DNA from: Candidatus Nanopelagicales bacterium
GTDB lineage: Bacteria > Actinomycetota > Actinomycetes > S36-B12
Length of the DNA stretch: 64,000 bases
Assembly: GCA_009694585.1 (NCBI GenBank)
Contig: SHUQ01000003.1
Coordinates: 590-64,589, forward strand
Direction: 5' to 3'
Shown here: positions 58,185 to 64,000 of the stretch, one piece after another
Position numbering within the stretch: the stretch's first letter is position 1
How the letters are laid out: each line of letters opens with the position of its first letter
Notes under the pieces: model-generated
Databases searched by the model: none
Seen by the model: the letters and a program-made list of their open reading frames with translations, nothing else
Told to the model about the DNA's origin: nothing
Translations under genes and position numbers: made by a program

Positions 58185-58897
58185 GTGCTCCGGTAATTCC
58201 ATTAGCCCCCGAAGCCTCCGCGAGTAAACCCCGTCGCCGCTGGCGCGGGCTTATCTGGATCTTGTTGGCGTTAGTTGCGACCGCAGGTATTTGGCTGGTT
58301 TGGTTTTCTTCGGTTTTTGCGATTCGCGATGTTCGAGTCATCGGAGTCACCGGTAGTCCAGCCGCATCGGTGCTGGCAAGTGCGGCTGTGCCCCTCGGGT
58401 TACCACTGGCCCAACTTGATGCCGACGCCGCGACCGCACGCATCATGATGCTGCCTTGGGTGGGTGCTGTGGAAGTACGTAAAGGCTGGCCTAATTCGGT
58501 TATTTTGGCGGTTGAGCCTAGGGTTGCGGTTGCAACTCAAGTTGGCACCGGTCGCGGGGTAGATGCTGGTGGAGTCGCCTTTGATTCACCAGTTCCGCTG
58601 GCCAAGAACTTGCCGACTATCGAGGCCGATGGGGTCGGCTTAGTCGCGGCAGTAACCGTGTGGCAGTCCCTGCCGTCCACTCTCCTGAGCAAAGTCATCG
58701 GTGTTACGGCAAGCACTCGTGACGATGTTGTACTTGAACTAAAGTCTGGTGCAAAGGTGCGCTGGGGGAGCGCGGGGCAGGGCGATTTGAAGGCGCAGGT
58801 ACTCGCAGCGCTGCTGCAACGCCGGGCTGAGGTTTATGACGTTTCGGCCCCCGAACTGCCGACGACACAGCAGGAGAAAGCTGGCAACCCCCGTTGA
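58181..58897 (+). CDS. ftsQ: Cell division protein FtsQ (POTRA domain)
   Basis: 238 aa. TM segment followed by a POTRA domain (FAIRDVRVIGV...). Confidence 0.88.
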   Translation: MSAPVIPLAPEASASKPRRRWRGLIWILLALVATAGIWLVWFSSVFAIRDVRVIGVTGSPAASVLASAAVPLGLPLAQLDADAATARIMMLPWVGAVEVRKGWPNSVILAVEPRVAVATQVGTGRGVDAGGVAFDSPVPLAKNLPTIEADGVGLVAAVTVWQSLPSTLLSKVIGVTASTRDDVVLELKSGAKVRWGSAGQGDLKAQVLAALLQRRAEVYDVSAPELPTTQQEKAGNPR

Positions 58898-59041
58898 GTG
58901 ACGTGCTGCGTCAATGAAATCGCCTGGGGTTTCCCCCGGCAAATTCAATTTCGTCATGTTGGGGTCTGTGGTACTGCTGTGCGGGTAATGAGGAGTAACA
59001 CGCCTTTTACCCACCGCGAGGAGCGGTGTTAAACCCTGTTG

Positions 59042-59073
59042 CCAGCCCCTGACTGGCCGCGGCCAGAGGCTGG
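59042..59073 (+). promoter_or_regulatory. Imperfect long hairpin in the ftsQ-ftsZ spacer
   Basis: CCAGCC-cctga-CTGGCC-gc-GGCCAG-a-GGCTGG. Confidence 0.35.
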
Positions 59074-59164
59074 GGAGTGCGGGGCCAAGTCGTTAAGTGG
59101 GCCTGGGGGAGCAGCCATATTCCGATGTTTTTAGAGGGATTTAGGCACGAAGGAAAAGAAATCA

Positions 59165-59172
59165 CCCCCCCC
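59165..59172 (+). repeat. C8 homopolymer tract in the ftsZ upstream region
   Basis: Read directly from the sequence: atcaCCCCCCCCacc. Confidence 0.85.
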
Positions 59173-59190
59173 ACCTTGCGCAACACCGGT

Positions 59191-59208
59191 CCCACCCCTT
59201 ACCCTCCC
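59191..59208 (-). other. G-quadruplex-type motif GGGAGGGTAAGGGGTGGG on the minus strand
   Basis: Four G3+ tracts with loops of 1-3 nt. The plus strand reads CCCACCCCTTACCCTCCC. Confidence 0.4.
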
Positions 59209-59275
59209 GCCGGTTGCAAGTAGACCGAATACTCACCCTGAACTTGAGGTTGAGACTCTGGTTAGGGAAGGCAGC

Positions 59276-59297
59276 GTTCGAGGCCACCGCCTCGAAC
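59276..59297 (+). promoter_or_regulatory. Perfect 8-bp hairpin just upstream of the ftsZ SD
   Basis: GTTCGAGG-ccaccg-CCTCGAAC. The SD GAAGGGAAGAG follows at 59304-59314. Confidence 0.4.
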
Positions 59298-59319
59298 ATG
59301 ACTGAAGGGAAGAGATGCC

Positions 59320-60450
59320 GTGGCGGCTCCACAGAACTATATAGCAGTGATCAAGGTCGTTGGTATTGGCGGCGGCGGGGTGAACGCGGTAAACCGGATG
59401 ATTGAGGTTGGGCTAAAGGGCGTTGAGTTCATTGCCATCAATACCGATGCGCAGGCTCTGTTGATGAGCGATGCTGATGTGAAACTCGACATAGGCCGTG
59501 AACTAACCCGTGGCCTTGGTGCTGGTGCGAATCCAGAAGTCGGCAAGAAGGCCGCCGAGGATCACATGCAAGAGATTGAGGAAGTCCTAAAGGGCTCCGA
59601 CATGGTGTTCGTGACCGCGGGTGAAGGTGGCGGTACCGGTACCGGCGGTGCTCCCGTGGTGGCCCGGGTGGCTAGGTCCCTTGGCGCACTAACGATCGGT
59701 GTGGTCACTCGACCATTTGGTTTCGAAGGCCGGCGCCGACAGGCCCAGGCTGAGACCGGTATCGAGAGCCTGCGTGCCGAGGTCGACACCTTGATCGTAA
59801 TTCCTAATGACCGCTTGCTGTCGCTGTCCGACCGAAATATCAGCGTGATAGATGCCTTCCGGCAAGCTGACCATGTCCTGCTGCAAGGTGTTTCAGGCAT
59901 TACCGATCTGATCACCACTCCTGGCTTGATCAACCTAGACTTTGCTGATGTGAAAAGCGTCATGCATGGCGCCGGTTCGGCACTCATGGGAATTGGCTCT
60001 GCGCGCGGCGAAGATCGTGCGGTTGAGGCTGCCGAGAAAGCCATCTCCAGTCCTTTGCTGGAAGCTGGCATTGATGGGGCACACGGGGTGCTTCTCTCTA
60101 TTTCCGGTGGCAGTGATCTGGGCCTATTTGAGATCAATGAGGCCGCTCGCTTGGTCAGTGACGCAGCGCATCCAGATGCCAACATCATTTTCGGTGCAGT
60201 CATTGACGACACCTTGGGCGATGAGGTGCGCGTCACCGTTATCGCTGCTGGGTTTGATGGCGGGGAACCCCCGGCCCGCAAGAGCGTTACGGCTGCGGCC
60301 CGACGCCCCGAGGACACCGGCTCTATACCGGCGCTCACTGGTGAAGTACCGGTTGTTACTTCACCTCCGGCGCGGCCAGTGCAACAGCCACGAACGGTCA
60401 TTTTCGACGATGCCGATGACGGCCTTGACGTACCTGACTTCCTCAAGTAA
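59320..60450 (+). CDS. ftsZ: Cell division protein FtsZ
   Basis: 376 aa. Motifs [15 protein letters not shown] and the tubulin signature [11 protein letters not shown]-terminal peptide [11 protein letters not shown]. Confidence 0.97.
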   Translation: MAAPQNYIAVIKVVGIGGGGVNAVNRMIEVGLKGVEFIAINTDAQALLMSDADVKLDIGRELTRGLGAGANPEVGKKAAEDHMQEIEEVLKGSDMVFVTAGEGGGTGTGGAPVVARVARSLGALTIGVVTRPFGFEGRRRQAQAETGIESLRAEVDTLIVIPNDRLLSLSDRNISVIDAFRQADHVLLQGVSGITDLITTPGLINLDFADVKSVMHGAGSALMGIGSARGEDRAVEAAEKAISSPLLEAGIDGAHGVLLSISGGSDLGLFEINEAARLVSDAAHPDANIIFGAVIDDTLGDEVRVTVIAAGFDGGEPPARKSVTAAARRPEDTGSIPALTGEVPVVTSPPARPVQQPRTVIFDDADDGLDVPDFLK

Positions 60451-60460
60451 AAAATACTCT

Positions 60461-61219
60461 ATGAAAATTGTCACAGGCCATTTAGGCTCGGTGGCACCCG
60501 GTGGCCGCTCAGTAACCTGGGCGGCCACCGGTCGTTTCGGTGGGCACAGTCTGCCCCCATTTGATGAACTCAATCTGGCGACTTACGTCGGTGATGCCCC
60601 TGGAGACGTCAAACGTAATTTACAAGTTGCGGCTGCGAGCATTGGCCTAGCGTCAACTGATCTAGTGCTGATGCAGGGTGTCCACGGGGCACAGGTGGCC
60701 GTTGTGGATCAAGGCGGGCCGGTATCAGGAGTTGAACCTAGATGTGACGCACTGGTTACCAGGACGCCGGGTGTGGGCTTAGTAGCGCTCGCTGCCGATT
60801 GCGTGCCGATGGTGCTCGCCGATGCCGCCAATGCGGTTATTGGCGCGGTGCACTGCGGCTGGCGTGGCCTAATCGCGGGAGTGGTGCCAGCGGCACTAGA
60901 TCAGATGAACTTGTTAGGGGCTGATCAGGTGCATGCGGTAATCGGTCCTTCGATCTGCGCCAAGTGCTATCGGGTGCCATCGGAGCGGGTACTCGAACTG
61001 CGGGGGGCTTTACCGAATGCAATTTCAGCTGTCGCCTGCCCAGAGTCAGAAGTGGCCCGCATAGATGTTGGCGCCGGAGTGCGCGCCCAGCTTGCAGCGG
61101 CCGGCGTCAGCGCCAGCAAGGTCACCACCTTGGCAGGCTGCACAGCCCAATCCAGGGGCCTGTTTTCCTATCGCCGCGACGGTCTTACCGGCCGTCAGGG
61201 CATGCTGGTTCGGCTATGA
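60461..61219 (+). CDS. pgeF: YfiH/PgeF family (laccase-domain) protein
   Basis: Start taken at ATG 60461. Motifs ADCVP and HCGWRG. Conserved downstream of ftsZ. Confidence 0.85.
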   Translation: MKIVTGHLGSVAPGGRSVTWAATGRFGGHSLPPFDELNLATYVGDAPGDVKRNLQVAAASIGLASTDLVLMQGVHGAQVAVVDQGGPVSGVEPRCDALVTRTPGVGLVALAADCVPMVLADAANAVIGAVHCGWRGLIAGVVPAALDQMNLLGADQVHAVIGPSICAKCYRVPSERVLELRGALPNAISAVACPESEVARIDVGAGVRAQLAAAGVSASKVTTLAGCTAQSRGLFSYRRDGLTGRQGMLVRL

Positions 61220-61920
61220 GTCAAGATCGCAAGACGCAGTTAGCTGGAAATCTCGCGGCCGTCCATGCACGTATCGACCGCGCCTGTGCTGACGCCGGCC
61301 GCGACCGGGCCGGGGTGCGATTGGTGGTGGTGACCAAAACTTTCCCGGCAAGTGATGTGAAACTCCTCGCCGCATTGGGGGTGCGCGATGTTGGTGAGAA
61401 TCGAGATCAGGAAGCTAAAGCCAAGAAGGCCGCCTGCGAGCAACTGCCACTGCGCTGGCATCTAATTGGCCAACTGCAGCGCAATAAAGTCAATTCAGTT
61501 CTTCAATGGGCCGATGTTGTCCAAACCGTTGATCGCCCCGAGCTAGCGGCGGCCCTAGATGGCGCAGCGGGGCGGCTGGGTCGGCGCTTGAGCGTTATGT
61601 TGCAAGTGGCCCTAGATAGCCCGATACAAAGTGCCCGCGGGGGCTGCGCCCCGGCCGCTGCGTCGGCCCTGGCTGAGTACGTGCTGTCACTTAGTCACCT
61701 TGACTTGTGCGGAGTCATGGGGGTGGCACCCATTATTGGAGACCCGGCGGCCGCATTTAGCCGGCTGGTCCAAGCGGCGGACGCAGTCCGCGGGCTCGTG
61801 CCGGGCGCCGATCAGATTTCAGCCGGAATGAGCGGTGATCTAGAAGCCGCTATCGCGCATGGCGCGACACAAGTTCGACTTGGGGGCGCAGTGCTGGGGA
61901 ACCGGCCTGCACTGCCGTAA
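61216..61920 (+). CDS. yggS: YggS-family pyridoxal-phosphate homeostasis protein
   Basis: Start taken at ATG 61216 (ATGA overlap). Motifs VVVTKTFPA, GENRDQEA and HLIGQLQRNK. Confidence 0.88.
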   Translation: MSQDRKTQLAGNLAAVHARIDRACADAGRDRAGVRLVVVTKTFPASDVKLLAALGVRDVGENRDQEAKAKKAACEQLPLRWHLIGQLQRNKVNSVLQWADVVQTVDRPELAAALDGAAGRLGRRLSVMLQVALDSPIQSARGGCAPAAASALAEYVLSLSHLDLCGVMGVAPIIGDPAAAFSRLVQAADAVRGLVPGADQISAGMSGDLEAAIAHGATQVRLGGAVLGNRPALP

Positions 61921-61963
61921 GGTCAAAGGGTTACTTAGAGCAAAAAGTGAGGTGGAGGACGAC

Positions 61964-62494
61964 GTGGCTGGCGCGATGCGCAAGATGGCCGTCTACCTCG
62001 GCTTAGTCGAGGAGTACGACGACTACGACGACGTACGCGGTGATGTGCGTACCCGCGATACCCGATCGAGCGACCGTCGTGGGTATGACGATCGCCCCGA
62101 GGATCGCACTTCCACTCGCAATGTTCGGTCGGTACCGGAGTCGCGCGCCGTGCGCACTTTCCGCAGCGACGATCAGCCTGTAGAGCGCCGCCCCGTGGCA
62201 CCAGCAGCCGCCGACATCAGCCGCATCGAAACAATTCACCCGCGCAGTTACAACGACGCCCGCCGAATTGGTGAGGAGTATCGCGAGGGTGTTCCTGTCA
62301 TCATGAATCTCTCTGAGCTAGATGACAGCGACGCTAAGCGCATCATTGATTTTGCTGCCGGTCTAGTATTTGGTCAGCGCGGTGCCATCGAGCGCGTGAC
62401 TAACAAGGTGTTCTTGCTCTCACCGGTAAATGTTGATGTTGGGGAAGCTGTGCGTGAGCAACTAGCCCAGGATGGGTTCTTCAACCAGAGTTAG
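61964..62494 (+). CDS. sepF: Cell division protein SepF
   Basis: Start taken at GTG 61964 (VAGAMRKMAVYLGLVEE), with a GGTGGAGGA SD. C-terminal SepF domain (IIDFAAGLVFGQRGAIERV). Confidence 0.9.
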   Translation: MAGAMRKMAVYLGLVEEYDDYDDVRGDVRTRDTRSSDRRGYDDRPEDRTSTRNVRSVPESRAVRTFRSDDQPVERRPVAPAAADISRIETIHPRSYNDARRIGEEYREGVPVIMNLSELDDSDAKRIIDFAAGLVFGQRGAIERVTNKVFLLSPVNVDVGEAVREQLAQDGFFNQS

Positions 62495-62532
62495 TTTTAG
62501 GGCAAGACCGCAACTATTCAGGGAGTCACTAC

Positions 62533-62817
62533 ATGAGCGGCATCGGGCAGCTGCTCGCGACGGTTCTTTGGATTTACTGGCTGCTTTTTATTATCAGAAT
62601 CGTGTTTGACTTGGTGCAGTCATTTGCCCGCTCATGGCGCCCGCGCGGCCTGATATTGTTGCTCGCCGAGGCCATCTATACCGTCACCGATCCGCCACTT
62701 CGCTTGCTTCGGCGGGTAATACCGCCGCTTCGGCTAGGGGCCGTTAGGCTCGATTTGGCTTTCTTGATCGTTCTAATTTTGTTACAAGTGTTGATTAATT
62801 TTGCACTGATGATCTAA
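62533..62817 (+). CDS. yggT: YggT family membrane protein
   Basis: 94 aa with two TM helices. Motif TDPPLRLLRRVIPP. Confidence 0.88.
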   Translation: MSGIGQLLATVLWIYWLLFIIRIVFDLVQSFARSWRPRGLILLLAEAIYTVTDPPLRLLRRVIPPLRLGAVRLDLAFLIVLILLQVLINFALMI

Positions 62818-62852
62818 GAGTGATTCTCTAATGCTCCGATGAGGAGGTGCTG

Positions 62853-63320
62853 GTGCCCCTAACCCCCGCCGAGGTGCGCGCAACCCAATTCGCGACCACC
62901 AGAGTGCGTGCTGGTTACGACGTTGATGAAGTCGATGCATTTCTTGACGTAGTCGAATCTGACATCGGTTCACTTAGTAGTGATTTGCAGCAGGCGCGCG
63001 ATGAGGCTGCGGTCATACGCACGCAATACAACCAGTTGCAATTGCGGTTACGCGCTGCTGAACTTGAATTGGTGGTGGCCAAGGAGCAGGTGGTGATCGC
63101 GAATCCGCCTGAAATCCGGCATGACACAGTTGAGATTGTTCGACCCGACCGGAGCCAATTTTCCGGTGATGCTGCCCAAGTTATGAAGATTGCGCAGACG
63201 ACGGCGGATGAAATTATTGGGTCGGCACGTAAGCAGGCGCGGGGTATCCGCACCGATCTACGTACCCAACTAGAGGCGCAACTCGCAGAGCTAAATAAGT
63301 CAGACGCCGCCGATACGTAG
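62853..63320 (+). CDS. divIVA: DivIVA/Wag31-family protein (short form)
   Basis: Start taken at GTG 62853 (VPLTPAEVRATQFATTRVRAGYDVDEVDAFLDVVE), with a GAGGAGG SD. Coiled-coil C-terminus. Confidence 0.88.
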   Translation: MPLTPAEVRATQFATTRVRAGYDVDEVDAFLDVVESDIGSLSSDLQQARDEAAVIRTQYNQLQLRLRAAELELVVAKEQVVIANPPEIRHDTVEIVRPDRSQFSGDAAQVMKIAQTTADEIIGSARKQARGIRTDLRTQLEAQLAELNKSDAADT

Positions 63321-64000
63321 TTCTATTTCGGTTTCGGGCACCTCAACTGCGGTTTTCGCAGTTTCGGGCCAGTTGCCATCAACTTGGCTCATGCTGGGTG
63401 CGAGTACCTCAGCGCTGATCATGTTGCCGTGCTCACCCATGGTTTCCAGTACATCTCTATCGGCACTTGACCAGTAGACGTTGATGCGGTCGGTGACGTC
63501 TAGGCCAGAAGTCTTTCGCGCCTCTTGGATTGCGCGCACGATCTCACGCGCTAAGCCGGCTCGGCGCAGTTCGTCGGTGATAGTGAGATCTAGGGCGATG
63601 CTTTCACCAGTATCTGCGGCTACCGCCCAACCTGCACGTGGTGTCTCGGTAATTACGACATCTTCTTCGGTGATGCTTAATTCACCGACGCCGGCAACAT
63701 TTAGGCCAGCGGTCCCAGTAGCCCGCATAGCTGCGAGTAATGCGGCCGGATCTTCGGCACCGATAGCAGCAGCCACAGCCGGGGTCTGTTTGCCGAACCG
63801 TTGCCCGAGGGAACGAAAGTTTGCTTTGACGCTCGTGTCAACGTAGCCAGCGCCGCCGTCATCAAGGGATTCGACGGTGCTGATATTGAGTTCCTCGCAG
63901 ACCTGATCCCGCAATTGCGGTGAGAGTTCTGACCACCCGGTCGCTGACACTAGTGCCCGTCCGAGAGGTTGACGGGTGCGCACTCCACTCGACGCGCGGG
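63300..64000 (-). CDS. ileS: Isoleucyl-tRNA synthetase, C-terminal part (5' end outside the window)
   Basis: The minus-strand frame is open to the window edge. The C-terminal anticodon-binding/extension region is of the actinobacterial type, in the conserved position next to divIVA. It overlaps the divIVA 3' end by 21 nt. Confidence 0.8.
   Translation of the reverse strand, partial: RASSGVRTRQPLGRALVSATGWSELSPQLRDQVCEELNISTVESLDDGGAGYVDTSVKANFRSLGQRFGKQTPAVAAAIGAEDPAALLAAMRATGTAGLNVAGVGELSITEEDVVITETPRAGWAVAADTGESIALDLTITDELRRAGLAREIVRAIQEARKTSGLDVTDRINVYWSSADRDVLETMGEHGNMISAEVLAPSMSQVDGNWPETAKTAVEVPETEIELRIGGV

Noticed and set aside
58914-58988. 24-aa hydrophobic mini-ORF (MKSPGVSPGKFNFVMLGSVVLLCG) in the ftsQ-ftsZ spacer
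   Set aside because: It has no SD or leaderless -10 geometry. It is too short to evaluate and could easily arise by chance.
59160-59210. C-rich block as a 6C-type small RNA
   Set aside because: 6C RNAs have two stem-loops that present C-rich loops. I could not draw such stems around these C-tracts, and the genomic context is not the usual one.
59562-60446. 294-aa minus-strand ORF antisense to ftsZ
   Set aside because: Low-complexity Ser/Ala/Arg/Pro translation opposite one of the most confident genes in the window.
59966-60460. Upstream part of the 417-aa ORF that overlaps the ftsZ 3' half and continues in frame into pgeF
   Set aside because: The extension lies in an alternative frame of ftsZ and has Arg/Pro/Leu-rich junk composition. 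The conserved YfiH/PgeF sequence begins at ATG 60461, just after the ftsZ stop.

Overview
This window is a core chromosomal segment of a moderately high-GC Actinomycetota genome (GC judged by eye, not computed). It is densely packed, and many adjacent genes overlap at ATGA/GTGA/TGATG stop-start junctions. The gene order follows the conserved actinobacterial backbone:
- Branched-chain amino-acid genes: ilvN(3' end)-ilvC-serA, leuA (minus strand), leuB, ilvE and a cimA-type synthase.
- An FAH-family gene, then gltX-tRNA-Gln-tRNA-Glu-leuCD, hupB, fbiD/cofC, plsC-gpsA, a Cys/Met PLP enzyme, ddl, a TetR + quinone oxidoreductase pair, a small AsnC-type protein, thiL and rpmB.
- DAK2-recG-rsmD-coaD, a SepIVA-like gene, yceD-rpmF-plsX-(ACP-like)-rnc-mutM-smc-ftsY, an amt pseudogene, and ffh-ycnI.
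- rpsP-KH-rimM-trmD, rplS and two lepB copies.
- The complete dcw cluster (mraZ ... ftsZ), then pgeF-yggS-sepF-yggT-divIVA and the 3' end of ileS.

I found no rRNA, CRISPR array, transposase, integrase, prophage or recognisable defence island, and no obvious novel multi-gene system. The observations worth a second look are all small-scale:
1. A Ser-less ACP-like ORF translationally coupled between plsX and rnc.
2. Decay of the conserved amt-glnK-glnD locus between ftsY and ffh.
3. Candidate leader-peptide/attenuator elements upstream of leuA and cimA.
4. A four-segment SD-sequestering switch upstream of rplS.
5. An extra small membrane ORF between mraZ and rsmH.
6. A small ORF + minimal nucleotidyltransferase pair between leuB and ilvE.
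7. A recurrent TANNNT-N6-start-codon geometry that suggests leaderless transcripts.
8. A long structured ftsQ-ftsZ spacer.

All functional calls rest on motif recognition and synteny recalled from memory. No database search or RNA folding was run.
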